Assembly (NCBI GenBank): GCA_964500225.1
Contig: CAZCOA010000004.1
Location: forward strand, 6,479 to 70,478
Origin: an uncultured Anaerolineaceae bacterium
GTDB taxonomy: Bacteria > Planctomycetota > Phycisphaerae > FEN-1346 > JAACEH01
Reading direction: 5' to 3'
DNA: 64,000 nucleotides
Part shown: positions 17,602-27,385 of the stretch, in pieces
How positions within the stretch are numbered: position 1 is the stretch's first letter
How the letters are laid out: each line of letters opens with the position of its first letter
Position numbers and translations under genes: made by a program
The notes under the pieces: generated by a model
What the model was told of the DNA's origin: nothing
Database searches by the model: none
The model's input: the letters and a program-made list of their open reading frames with translations, nothing else

Positions 17602-20600
17602 TCACTCTGAACGTATTGCGCCCAGCAGGTCGGGCCCCACGGCTCGCTGCGTCACACCGACACAAGCCGCAATGGCCGCGGCCATGATGCCGCCCATTGT
17701 ACCGGCGAGTTGGAGCCACGGCACATCGGCCTTCGCCTGGATCATGTGCGGCGCGGCAGCCAGGAGGCCCGCCACACTGCCGATGGCCAGACCGGCGGCA
17801 ATCAGTATCACGGTCTCGGCCGACACCAGTCGTACGACCTGCCTTTGCGTGAATCCCAGCGCAAGCATCAGGGCCAGTTCGCCTCGCCGCTCCACGATGT
17901 TTCTGGCCAGCACGGTCGCGACAGCGAATGTGCCAAGAACCAACCCCAGCCCACTGAGGGCCTGAAAGGCCGCCAGGTACGTATTCTGCACGCCGGCATA
18001 GGCCGCCAGTACATCGGCTGTGCGACGAACGTCAACACCGGCGTCCTCCAGACCCTCGCGGAGTGCGTCCATCACCTGCGTCTGCCGCTCAGGAACCGTC
18101 TCCACAAGGAAACGCCGGTACCCGCCTCCGTCGCCGAACAGCCGCACCAAGTTTCCCTCAGACATCAGCAATTCGCTTTGCCACAGGCTTCCCCGGAGCA
18201 GACCGACGATACGCAGAGTCACGGGACCATGAGCGCCGGCCACCGTGATCGTCCCGTTGAGCCCCGACTTGAGAATCCATCGGACGCTCGCTTCGTCGCC
18301 AACGACCGGCACGCAGCCGTTGTCGAGCGTGACGTCCAGAAGCCGCCAGGGGTTCCGCTCATCGTGCATCGGGAGGGTTTGCGAGAACGCAAACCCGCCA
18401 CGTTCAATCAGAGCAGGCGGCACACCCACGATTCTCGGCGACTGCGGCTGCTGTAGGTTCAGGCAACTGGCATCGTCGCCATCATTCACGCGGAAGGATA
18501 GGATGGTGGCCCCTTGGAAGGCGCCCTCGTCGCCGAGTCCTGCCGCCTGCCTGCCGGCCGCCGTGCCAAGGTCCACGTGGATCGGCAACTCGCAGTCGGC
18601 CATGATCGCAAAGCCGCCCGCCCCGCCGTTGCGAGAAAACGTGTCCCACTGTGTTGGGTTGATCCGGTTGGCCGCTACCGTAACAAGGGTAAAGGCGGCG
18701 CACGCCAACAGGGCGGTTGTCAGGACACTGCGGGTTCGGCGGCGTCTGGCCCCGTGCAGGACCAGACTCTTCATGGAAAGACTTTGGCGGGCACGGGGGC
18801 GCGACGGGCGTTCCCCGGTGAGCACGGCTGCCATGGCCGCCAGCATCGCGACAAGCATCAGCCCACCGATCAAAAAGAACGCAGTCGCCGGCTTCATGGC
18901 GTTGCCGACAATGGAAGCGCCCAGCACGGCTGCCGCCGCGGCTGTGGCCAGCGACGCAATGAGCGTCGCCCCACGGCGTCCTTGTCGCAGATCCTCGACA
19001 GTGTGAAGCGATCGCCACCCGGCGAGGAGCACCACGGCCGTCTTGCGGCGAAGCAGCCACAGGGCCCATGCGACGGCCGCCATGGCAATGATCAGCCCCA
19101 CGGCGGCGCCGTTCACCAGACTGGACGACGACACGTACAAGTCCAACGTAAACGGCCCCAGCAGGCCGACCCATCGCGTCTTCAGCGTCCACAGAATTCC
19201 CGCGGCGTAGGCCACCGCCAGCGGAATGCCCGCGAGCACTGCAATAGCAGCATGAACCATCCCCTCGGCCAGAAACGACCGTGCCACGGCGCCAGGTGAA
19301 AATCCGATGGCCAGCATGATGCCGGCATCGCGGGCCCGCATCTCGACCGAGAGCCGCAGCAGTAACCCCACCAGCATCGCGGCGGCCAGAACAAGAAAAC
19401 TGCTCAACCCCAAAAAGAGGGATGCAAAATCGCTTGCCCCTTCGGCCGCTCGCAGCGCCTCGGCGCGCACGGGCCGAAACGTAAGGCCGACGTCCTGCGG
19501 CTTCAATGCGTTTCGCAAGGCCGCCGAATAGGTCTCCACGGACGGAACGCCCCCTTGCGGCCCATCGGCGGCAATCCTCACCGAGGTAACCCACGGGGAC
19601 TCGACTTGCGCCGCGCGGCGCCACAGGTCCTGCGCCGTCTGAGGGGAGACGAACGCTTTGGGCGCGGCTCTGTGCGCCTGCCAGTAGGCCTCGTCTTTGG
19701 GTCGAATACGCCCAAGGTCCAACGGAAACGGTGGCTTCCACTGCCTCATCGACGTAGCGTCGGTGATGCCAGGGAACTGGGGAATCAGCTCATCTTGGGC
19801 CGCAGCACCGACCATCGCAACGATCCCGCGGACGATGAATCGTCGTGAGTCGGTGCTGAGCGTGGCATCGGCGCCGATGCGATAATAGTCAACGGCCACA
19901 GTATCCCCCACCTTGGCGCCCAGATCGGCCGCAGCCCATGTATTGAGCAGGATGTCGTCGGTTCCCAGATTCAAGTCAACCGGCGTACCGTCGTCCTGCA
20001 CAAGGACGTCATGTCCTGCCTCCGCAGCATCCGCCACAGCGGCAATGGTGGAGTACGGTATGCCGTTCTCGCCGGATTCGCCGTCGACCTTGGTGATCGT
20101 ATTGGCGAGGTAGATCGACACCCGCGCGGCCCGATAGCCGCAGGCGTGTGCCGCCTCGCCCGCAGCGGCAACCTGACGCGACGAAAGCACCGTGTTAAGG
20201 CTTTCCACCGAAATCACGCGACCATGCGCCTGCTGCACGAGGCGTATCCCGCAGTCTTCAGGCGTGACGGCGTCGGCGAGCATAGTATTCAGTCGCCGCA
20301 CTTCTTCCTCGTCTCCGTGGCCGCTCCTCGCGTTGACAAGCAGCACATTGGCCTGCCCTGCTCGCCCGATGTGCCGTGCGAACCAGTCGTAGGCGACATA
20401 CACATTTCTCGGCCGCGGTCGGTCGCTTCGCAGCGAAAAACCGCCGAGTCCCTCGTCGGGCACGATCCTCGCGATCACCAGGCTCACCCGTTCGACCGTA
20501 TCGTTCAGGCTGCGACGACCGAACAGACTGGTCGAAGGAGCAGTCGATGCTCGCGCGAGATTCACAATAAGCGTGTCTCCGGTTCGCAGGGACAATTCGT

Positions 20601-21051
20601 TCGCAAGCGTCTGGTTCACCGCGGCATGTCGCCCGTCAAGAGCCGGCGCAGGCCCTGGCCCGAGCATCGGCGCGTCGGAAGGGTTCACTGCCCAGACCGA
20701 CACGTGGGGCAGTCGTACCGATGACGTCGGCGTGCTTGCAGCGGCATCCACTGCCAGAACGGCAGCAACGTCGCCGAATGCCGCCGTGAAGCCTTGCTGT
20801 GAGGCAAGGTCCTTTGCCAGGGCCGACCTGAAGAAGCCCGGCGCGGTCAGCGCAAAGTCGGTGCGCCCGAGACGTCGCAAAGCCAGGCTGCGCAGGCTGC
20901 CGTTGAACGAGTCGCCAACAAGAAGGGACCCGGCGACTACCGCCACGCCCACGGCCGCGCCGGCGACAACTGCGGCGTGGGTGCGCCGATAGTACCATAG
21001 GCTGCGAAGGACAAACCGCGCCAGGTTCACGCACAGACCTCCACACGACAT
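17602..21051 (-). CDS. ABC transporter permease, MacB/LolCE family, two FtsX domains in one about 1149-aa polypeptide
   Basis: Start chosen at the internal ATG (MSCGGLCVNLARFVLRSLWYY...) immediately after the ATPase stop. Multiple hydrophobic helix bundles separated by large soluble domains, as in FtsX-type permeases. Confidence 0.75.
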   Translation of the reverse strand: MSCGGLCVNLARFVLRSLWYYRRTHAAVVAGAAVGVAVVAGSLLVGDSFNGSLRSLALRRLGRTDFALTAPGFFRSALAKDLASQQGFTAAFGDVAAVLAVDAAASTPTSSVRLPHVSVWAVNPSDAPMLGPGPAPALDGRHAAVNQTLANELSLRTGDTLIVNLARASTAPSTSLFGRRSLNDTVERVSLVIARIVPDEGLGGFSLRSDRPRPRNVYVAYDWFARHIGRAGQANVLLVNARSGHGDEEEVRRLNTMLADAVTPEDCGIRLVQQAHGRVISVESLNTVLSSRQVAAAGEAAHACGYRAARVSIYLANTITKVDGESGENGIPYSTIAAVADAAEAGHDVLVQDDGTPVDLNLGTDDILLNTWAAADLGAKVGDTVAVDYYRIGADATLSTDSRRFIVRGIVAMVGAAAQDELIPQFPGITDATSMRQWKPPFPLDLGRIRPKDEAYWQAHRAAPKAFVSPQTAQDLWRRAAQVESPWVTSVRIAADGPQGGVPSVETYSAALRNALKPQDVGLTFRPVRAEALRAAEGASDFASLFLGLSSFLVLAAAMLVGLLLRLSVEMRARDAGIMLAIGFSPGAVARSFLAEGMVHAAIAVLAGIPLAVAYAAGILWTLKTRWVGLLGPFTLDLYVSSSSLVNGAAVGLIIAMAAVAWALWLLRRKTAVVLLAGWRSLHTVEDLRQGRRGATLIASLATAAAAAVLGASIVGNAMKPATAFFLIGGLMLVAMLAAMAAVLTGERPSRPRARQSLSMKSLVLHGARRRRTRSVLTTALLACAAFTLVTVAANRINPTQWDTFSRNGGAGGFAIMADCELPIHVDLGTAAGRQAAGLGDEGAFQGATILSFRVNDGDDASCLNLQQPQSPRIVGVPPALIERGGFAFSQTLPMHDERNPWRLLDVTLDNGCVPVVGDEASVRWILKSGLNGTITVAGAHGPVTLRIVGLLRGSLWQSELLMSEGNLVRLFGDGGGYRRFLVETVPERQTQVMDALREGLEDAGVDVRRTADVLAAYAGVQNTYLAAFQALSGLGLVLGTFAVATVLARNIVERRGELALMLALGFTQRQVVRLVSAETVILIAAGLAIGSVAGLLAAAPHMIQAKADVPWLQLAGTMGGIMAAAIAACVGVTQRAVGPDLLGAIRSE

Positions 21052-21052
21052 G

Positions 21053-21754
21053 TCACGGCTGGCGGACGGGGGATAGACAGCCGTCGCGAAGCTCCAGGCA
21101 TCGTGAGAAACGTCTTGCCAGTTCGAGATTGTGGGTGACAACAATCAGCATCACATGCCGCTCGGCGGCCACCTCGCAGAACAGATCCGCCACCGTCGCC
21201 GCGGTGGCGCGATCCAGATTGCCCGTCGGCTCGTCGCACAAAAGCAGTGGCGGATTGTTGACCAAGGCCCGCGCCACGGCCACACGCTGCCGCTCGCCGC
21301 CCGACAGCCACTGCGGGAAGTCGTTCTCTCGCCCTGCCAGGCCGACGCGAGCCAGCAGGTCGGCAGCCCGCCGCACTCCGTCCACGGCGTCGTTCGAAGC
21401 CACCGTCGGAAGGGCCACATTCTCGATGACGGTACACTGCGGGAGCAGATGGTGATCCTGAAACACGAAGCCCACCCTTTTGCGTCGAAACTCAGCCAGG
21501 CGGTCGTCCTCAAGGACGGCAACGTCCACGTCGCCCAATTGCACGGTTCCCGACGTCGGCCGGTCCAGCGAGCCAATGATATTGAGCAGCGTGCTCTTGC
21601 CGCAGCCGGATGCCCCAACAATGGCAACGGTCTCGCCGGGCTCCACACGCAGCTCCACGCCTTTCAGGACGCTATGCTGGCCGGCCGGCGACGAGTACGT
21701 CTTACACAATCGGCTGACCTTTAGCGCAACCGCTTCCGATGCTGCGTTTGCCAT
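21053..21754 (-). CDS. ABC transporter ATP-binding protein (MacB/LolD type)
   Basis: Walker A GASGCGKST, signature LSGGERQRVAVARAL, Walker B LLLCDEPTGNLD, H-loop VTHN. Confidence 0.9.
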   Translation of the reverse strand: MANAASEAVALKVSRLCKTYSSPAGQHSVLKGVELRVEPGETVAIVGASGCGKSTLLNIIGSLDRPTSGTVQLGDVDVAVLEDDRLAEFRRKRVGFVFQDHHLLPQCTVIENVALPTVASNDAVDGVRRAADLLARVGLAGRENDFPQWLSGGERQRVAVARALVNNPPLLLCDEPTGNLDRATAATVADLFCEVAAERHVMLIVVTHNLELARRFSRCLELRDGCLSPVRQP

Positions 21755-21799
21755 GGTCCTCGTGACCCCGAAACCCCTCGGAACGTGCCGCCGACGCTG

Positions 21800-22777
21800 T
21801 CACTCCATCGAGCCGACCATGTCGGCGAGGATTGACAGCGCGGCCACACCATAAAACGTGTACTCAACGTCGGCCGTGCCGCCGACGGCCACCGGACGAA
21901 AACCTCCGCACGGGTTCTCAGTAGCCCGGAGGAACCGCCCAAGCGGTCCAAGCTTCAGAATCCCGGCCCGGCCAACGGCGGCCAATGCATAGAGTCCTGT
22001 GAACGTCGAGAGAAGGTCCCCGTCCTTCACGTTCGGGTGCGCCGCCAAACCGCCGTCCGGCCGCTGAAGGGATGCGAGGAAGGCGGCCCCTCTGGCTGAC
22101 GTCGCCTCATCCATGGCCTCCGCACCCGACAGAAAGCAAAGGGCGGCTGCCGTGGGGCTGGCCTGGCCCGCCGCGGCCCCGGGGTGTCCCGCGAAACCGC
22201 CGTCGGGCGTCGCACAGGCCCGTACTGCGTCCACGGCCCTGTCCAAGTCGGGCATGAGCCGCCCCATCAGATCGTAGCACATCAAGGCCAGGAAAGCGTA
22301 GTACGGACTCGTCACTCCCCCTGGCACGAGGGCCACCGCTCCATCGGCCGTGCGGCACGCGGCCAGCAGGTCAATCGACTCGTCCAGCCACGCATATCTT
22401 CGGCAATCCTCCGGAGGCATCAGCCCGACAGCCTCCAAAAAGCGAAGGCTCTGCCACACATCGAGGCACTCCAAAACACTCGTCATAGGCCGCTGCCGAG
22501 ACTTCAGCCATGCCGCAGCCGACATCCACGACGGGGCCTCTGCCGGAAGGCCGAGCACTATCAACGCATGCAGGGCGAACCGAGTGTAGTACGGATCGGC
22601 AGCACCGTCGGGACCGACAAACGCCCCGGTGCTGCTTTGTGTCGCAACAAGGTACTCCGTGTGCCTGCGACGGAAAGAACCGCCCAACACCGTCGATCCG
22701 GCACGCATCCGCCGATCCATCACGGCGTAACGCTGCGGCCTTGGATCGGACTCGGCTGGCCGGACAGGTCGGGTCAT
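21800..22777 (-). CDS. Prenyltransferase/squalene-oxidase (PFTB) repeat protein, alpha-alpha toroid
   Basis: 325 aa. Repeats of the DGGF(A/R)...Y(T)...AL type (DGGFAGHPGAAAG...AAALCFL, DGGLAAHPNVKDGDLLSTFTGLYAL, CGGFRPVAVGGTADVEYTFYGVAAL). Confidence 0.7.
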   Translation of the reverse strand: MTRPVRPAESDPRPQRYAVMDRRMRAGSTVLGGSFRRRHTEYLVATQSSTGAFVGPDGAADPYYTRFALHALIVLGLPAEAPSWMSAAAWLKSRQRPMTSVLECLDVWQSLRFLEAVGLMPPEDCRRYAWLDESIDLLAACRTADGAVALVPGGVTSPYYAFLALMCYDLMGRLMPDLDRAVDAVRACATPDGGFAGHPGAAAGQASPTAAALCFLSGAEAMDEATSARGAAFLASLQRPDGGLAAHPNVKDGDLLSTFTGLYALAAVGRAGILKLGPLGRFLRATENPCGGFRPVAVGGTADVEYTFYGVAALSILADMVGSME

Positions 22778-22807
22778 GGCATCGCTTCCGCGCCGCGGGA
22801 ACGCCCC

Positions 22808-24550
22808 TCAGAAGTCGTGGTCTCTCAGGACAACGCGTGTCAGAAATCGCATCAGGTGTCGCAGGGCCGGCCGACGAACCTGGTCGGCAACTTCCATCGC
22901 CCGCATGCGACACTTGTCCGCCAAGCGGGCGGCCTTCTCCGTGGCGCCGCACCGCTGATAGAGCTGTCGCACCTCGTCCACCAGGCCCCGTCGATCGAGG
23001 CCGTCGCCGGAACGGAACAACTCCTCCAGCCTGTCGGCCACCCCGTCGGCCGAGGCAAACGCCAGGAGGATGGTCGGCCGCCGCGCAACGATATCCTGTC
23101 CCGACAGGCGATGGTTGTCGTCGCTCGGACGGAGATCGTCCAGGTCGTCGAGCACCTGGTATGCCACGCCGAGATGGCGACAGAACGTGTCCACTCGTGC
23201 CGCGTCGTCGTCCAGGGGCCCAGTCAGCCGCATGCCGGCATACATCGCGGCGCCAAATGCCGGCGCCGTCTTCAGGGCATAGAGGGCAAGCACTTGGTCG
23301 GCGTCGGCGATGCGAGCCTGGTCGCCCGTCAGCAGAAGCTCGGTTCCCTGCCCTCGGCATAGTCTCAGGTGCGCCGAGGACAGGGCCGCCAGGATGTCGG
23401 CTATGCACTCAGCCCCAAGCGTGCCGGCCTGCGCCGCCACGAGACGATAGCCCAGACCGACGAGGTAATCGCCCGTATTGATAGCCGTCGCCTCGCCGTA
23501 GCGGGCATGCAGGGTCGGCTCGCCATAGCGGTAGGCGTCCTGGTCCTCCACATCGTCGTGAACCAGAGACGCCTTGTGAAACGCCTCCAAGGCGACTGCG
23601 ACGGAGGCCACCGGTTCTGTAACCACGTTATCGACGGCCGACCGGTTCAGGTCCGTCTCGTCCAGCCCGAGCATCGCGGCGTGGGCGGCCAGGGTGATAA
23701 ACGGCCGGAAGCGTTTGCCGCCGCGGGCGAGCCAGTCGCGGGCGATGCGCTCCGCCCGTGGCGGCAAGGAATCTTCGGCCGCCGGTCCCGAGCCGGTCAA
23801 CCACAGTAGCCGTTCCAGACTCTCGGGCCGAAACAGGTCCGATGCCTTCTGAAGCACGGTCACATAGCCCGTCACCGTGTACCGGTGATTCGCGACGTGC
23901 CATGCGAGTATCTCGCGGATTCGCTCGAGGTCGGCCACCGTGTCTCGGCAGCCGTCGCGCAGCAAAGGCACCCCCGCATACGGCACGCCAAGCTGGTAAA
24001 CCGTCTCGAAGCACTTTTCGAGCGAATCCAGACAGGCGACGCCGAGAATGGCCTCCACGCGGCCGGCCGCAAGGGCCTGCACCACCGCCGGCGTTCCTTC
24101 GGCCACGATCGTCTGATAGCCCAAGGCCCGCGCCTCGGCAAGCAGCCTGCCGATCGAACAGGATCCGCACAGGCGGCACTTTAGCCCTGTGGTATCGTAG
24201 GGGGCCGTACAGGTGTCCGCGTGACGCAGACAGTGTGGAAGCAGGAGCAGCCGTCGCGAGAATGCCGTCGCGGCAAACGCACCGCGGCATATCTCTGTGC
24301 CGATGGCCACCATAGCGAAATCGCGCCAATGGCGGTCCAGGCCAAGGCGTTTCAGGAGCGTAGCCGCCAGATTCTCCAGGTGTGCGCGATCCGGCAACCG
24401 TACGACATCGGCTTCGGCCGCGAGCTCGCGTGCAGCGTCCTCGATCCTACGACGTAGGGCCTCATTGCCCGCAAGTTCGCAGCCCTTGCCGTCGGATCGG
24501 CCGCCCAAATCGCCTGAGGCTGCATCGAATATGTATCCCATATGGGTCAT
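22808..24550 (-). CDS. Fusion: N-terminal Cys-rich domain of unknown function (I believe DUF116-like) plus C-terminal trans-polyprenyl diphosphate synthase (probably medium or long chain)
   Basis: Start at MTHMGYIF, ATGA-overlapped with the cyclase stop. N-terminal LLLPHCLRHADTCTAPYDTTGLKCRLCGSCSIG. C-terminal FARM LVHDDVEDQDAYRYG and SARM VLDDLDDL. Residues at FARM -4/-5 are S/A, which are small and resemble long-chain enzymes such as IspB; this is from memory. Confidence 0.8.
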   Translation of the reverse strand: MTHMGYIFDAASGDLGGRSDGKGCELAGNEALRRRIEDAARELAAEADVVRLPDRAHLENLAATLLKRLGLDRHWRDFAMVAIGTEICRGAFAATAFSRRLLLLPHCLRHADTCTAPYDTTGLKCRLCGSCSIGRLLAEARALGYQTIVAEGTPAVVQALAAGRVEAILGVACLDSLEKCFETVYQLGVPYAGVPLLRDGCRDTVADLERIREILAWHVANHRYTVTGYVTVLQKASDLFRPESLERLLWLTGSGPAAEDSLPPRAERIARDWLARGGKRFRPFITLAAHAAMLGLDETDLNRSAVDNVVTEPVASVAVALEAFHKASLVHDDVEDQDAYRYGEPTLHARYGEATAINTGDYLVGLGYRLVAAQAGTLGAECIADILAALSSAHLRLCRGQGTELLLTGDQARIADADQVLALYALKTAPAFGAAMYAGMRLTGPLDDDAARVDTFCRHLGVAYQVLDDLDDLRPSDDNHRLSGQDIVARRPTILLAFASADGVADRLEELFRSGDGLDRRGLVDEVRQLYQRCGATEKAARLADKCRMRAMEVADQVRRPALRHLMRFLTRVVLRDHDF

Positions 24551-26415
24551 CCGCAGCAACTGCCGGCTCCGCCCGGCGCGACAGCCGTTCCTTGGGCCAT
24601 TCTGTGCCAGTGTGACATCGCACGACCGAGTGCGGCCACCACAAAGATTATAGGGTAAATGCGCTCCGAATACCAAAGGCTCGTGAAATAGAGGCCTATG
24701 GGGGCCGGCCGGTCCAGACCGCCCTCCTGGACGCTTCGGATCAGAAATTCGCAGCCACGACGCACTGCCCGCACCTCGTCGGATCCAGACGCCCACGCAC
24801 ACAACGTTTCGACCGCCACGGCCGTCTCCTCGATGCTCGACGCCACTCCGCGTTGCCCGCCCCAACCGCCGTCGTCGTTCTGTGACGCGACGAGGAATGC
24901 CGCCCCGCGACGCGCCGCCGTTGCGTCACACATGCCGACGTCGCGATATGCGGCCAACACCCGAGCCGTACCGAAAACGCGGTTGTAGCCATCGGGGGCC
25001 GCCTGGTTGCCAAACCACAGGGCGGTCCACGCCCCATCATCGCCCTGAGCATCGGCCAGGTAGGCCAAGCCACGTCGCACAGCCCGGCCGCATGGCAGAT
25101 CGCGCTTCCGGTCTCTCCAGGCGTGAAGTGCCCTGACTGCATGAGCCGTCAGGTCGGCGCCGCTGCGGTCGAAAGGCAGCTTGCCCCATCCGCGGCAAAA
25201 CGTCGGCCAGCCGCCATCGTCGTTCTGGAGGTCGATCAGCCAGCGCAAGCCGTCTTGTGCTGCCGCGTCGGCCCGCGAAGACTGCCATCCGGACAGAGCC
25301 AGAAGAGCGCCGGCCGTATCATCCGCGTCGGGCACTCCTCCAGGCAAATCCGTCCACGGCCACCCGCCGGGCGGCGAATCGGTGAATGGATGCACCCGGC
25401 GACACTGGCTGCGTACCAGAAATTCAAGGCTCGCCTCGACGGTTGTATCCTGCCCTGCCGGCCCGGCCCGCAGCGCGTTGATCGCCAGCGACGTCAGCCA
25501 CAGCGACAGATTACTGTCGATGGGCCAAGCACCGTTATCGCGGACCGTTCGCTCAAGAAATTCGAGCGCCTTGGCCGTGACAGGATGGTCGTGGAGGCCG
25601 GCTCCGGCCAGACTCATCGCCACGAAGGCCGTCAAGGGAACCGCCTCGATAAAACCCCCGGAACTGGGCTGTATGGATTCCAGCCGACGCAGGGTCGGAG
25701 CCATGGCCCGGTCGCGAACGATCCTAAGCAGTGGGTTTCGGGTGGGCCGTTTGACGTGCAGCAACTGGCCGATGGCGATGAGCGCGGGCAAGGCATAACT
25801 AACAACATGAATCCGCAGCCGCCGCAACCAGCGATGCGACAACTGCGCCAACTCGAACGGCAGCCGCGGAATGGCCGACCATTCGGCCTGCCCGGCCAGG
25901 GCGCAGTTGACAAGAATCGGCACGGCAAACGTGCGGTCCTTGCCGTAGAACTGCGAGATCGCGGCGGCCCGGTCGGCCATAGTCGTCCCGGCCCGCTCTG
26001 TAAGCCAGGCATCGGCGCGCGCCGCAGCGGCCTTGACTTCACACTGCGAACCAGCCAGCGCAAGGGCGGCTCGCGCAAGCATCGTGGTGGCGAGGTTGCT
26101 CGGGCTGTCGGTGGTGTCGCCCCAGCCCCCGTCGCTATTCTGGTGAGTCATCAGCCACGCGGCTCCGGCCCGAATACGCGCGGCAGATACGTCACGGGCC
26201 GCAAGGCACAGGGCACTAACGGCTACCGCCGTCGAAAGTGCCGAGTCGGACAGACGCCCGGGCCAGCGGCCATCGCGATCACGCTCCGCCAGCAGACGGT
26301 CCACCACGTACCGATACGTGGCCGATATGCGGTCGAACAGGTCATCCGCAGCCGATACCCATCCGTCGGCCGCATAGCCGCATCCCTCCGCCGAAAACGT
26401 CGTGCGTTCACTCAT
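24547..26415 (-). CDS. Class II terpene cyclase, squalene-hopene cyclase family
   Basis: 622 aa. Catalytic DxDDTA motif (VPDADDTAGALLAL). Multiple QW motifs (QNSDGGWG, QNDDGGWP, QGDDGAWT, QNDDGGWGG). ATGA overlaps with both flanking genes. Confidence 0.85.
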   Translation of the reverse strand: MSERTTFSAEGCGYAADGWVSAADDLFDRISATYRYVVDRLLAERDRDGRWPGRLSDSALSTAVAVSALCLAARDVSAARIRAGAAWLMTHQNSDGGWGDTTDSPSNLATTMLARAALALAGSQCEVKAAAARADAWLTERAGTTMADRAAAISQFYGKDRTFAVPILVNCALAGQAEWSAIPRLPFELAQLSHRWLRRLRIHVVSYALPALIAIGQLLHVKRPTRNPLLRIVRDRAMAPTLRRLESIQPSSGGFIEAVPLTAFVAMSLAGAGLHDHPVTAKALEFLERTVRDNGAWPIDSNLSLWLTSLAINALRAGPAGQDTTVEASLEFLVRSQCRRVHPFTDSPPGGWPWTDLPGGVPDADDTAGALLALSGWQSSRADAAAQDGLRWLIDLQNDDGGWPTFCRGWGKLPFDRSGADLTAHAVRALHAWRDRKRDLPCGRAVRRGLAYLADAQGDDGAWTALWFGNQAAPDGYNRVFGTARVLAAYRDVGMCDATAARRGAAFLVASQNDDGGWGGQRGVASSIEETAVAVETLCAWASGSDEVRAVRRGCEFLIRSVQEGGLDRPAPIGLYFTSLWYSERIYPIIFVVAALGRAMSHWHRMAQGTAVAPGGAGSCCG

Positions 26416-27254
26416 GCACTGTCCAGCCGGTCCAGCCGGTCAATGAGCCTGTCGAGTTCATCGCGAGCCTCGCCGGTCTGAGGGGTACACCTTCGTGACT
26501 TGGACTCCGGCATCGTGGACGATTCCCCGAGGCCCTCTTGCCGTGAACATGCCACACGCTCAGTCTCGGCGGCCGCAAAACCGTTTGCAGCCTCACCCTG
26601 GTCGCCTTCCGCCCGCTGCTCGGGAGTCACCACACCCTCATCGCTTCCGGCGATCGCGGGATAGGCCTCGTAGTGCGGGAACATGATCGCCCGGGCCGGA
26701 CATATGCGGCTGCAGGCAGGGCAACCCGGCTTACAGTTGTCCGGGTTGGCTACCATCACGCGGTCCCCCGGACCGAGTTCATAGACGCCGAACAGGCAGA
26801 AGTCCACACACTGGCGACAGCCGACGCATCGCGAGTAGTCCACCACCGGGCACCATCGCGGCGAAACGGCGTCATCCATCTGTTGCACTGTGTTGGAGCC
26901 CATTCCCGGTTGGACGACCGCTCCTGCGGCCAGCGATTCGGCAAAGCTCTCCGGGGAGAATCGATCCTCCATTCGCACCACGCGGCTCACGCACTGCATG
27001 TCGCACCCCAGGGCTGCCAGGGTCCATCGGGCCGGACGCGCGTGCATCCACGTTGCCACAGCGACACGGCCCCGCAGTGTCGCCAAACGCCGTGCGACTG
27101 GGTGGTCGCGGGCCAAGTAATAAAGGTGTGGCGCCACGAGCACGAGACATTGGGTTCTGTCGCCGAGCCACTGGATGACGGCGTCCTCGAAGCGGCGTCT
27201 GTCGCCGCTACCGTCCACACAGCGTGAAACAACGATCACCTCAGGACGTTCCAT
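26412..27254 (-). CDS. 4Fe-4S dicluster ferredoxin-domain protein (hypothetical). ATG start at 27254 preferred over the GTG at 27284
   Basis: CVGCRQCVDFC and CKPGCPACSRICP motifs. An N-terminal about 100 aa of unknown fold. First gene of the terpene-cyclase transcription unit; the promoter-like element lies just upstream. Confidence 0.55.
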   Translation of the reverse strand: MERPEVIVVSRCVDGSGDRRRFEDAVIQWLGDRTQCLVLVAPHLYYLARDHPVARRLATLRGRVAVATWMHARPARWTLAALGCDMQCVSRVVRMEDRFSPESFAESLAAGAVVQPGMGSNTVQQMDDAVSPRWCPVVDYSRCVGCRQCVDFCLFGVYELGPGDRVMVANPDNCKPGCPACSRICPARAIMFPHYEAYPAIAGSDEGVVTPEQRAEGDQGEAANGFAAAETERVACSRQEGLGESSTMPESKSRRCTPQTGEARDELDRLIDRLDRLDSA

Positions 27255-27295
27255 CACCACTCCCGGCACGGCGCACGCGATCACACGCTGCCTTC

Positions 27296-27323
27296 ATTGT
27301 AGCGCAGCGCCGGCGACGGTCAA
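27296..27323 (-). promoter_or_regulatory. Candidate sigma70-type promoter (TTGACC-16 nt-TACAAT) for the ferredoxin/terpene-cyclase operon
   Basis: Read on the minus strand in the 100-bp gap between the phoU stop and the ferredoxin start. Coordinates are approximate to within 1-2 nt. Confidence 0.35.
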
Positions 27324-27385
27324 GGCGCATGGCCGTGGTGGGGTGCAGCGAGTGGAGGTAATGCCGGGGAACGACATCCCTCCCT

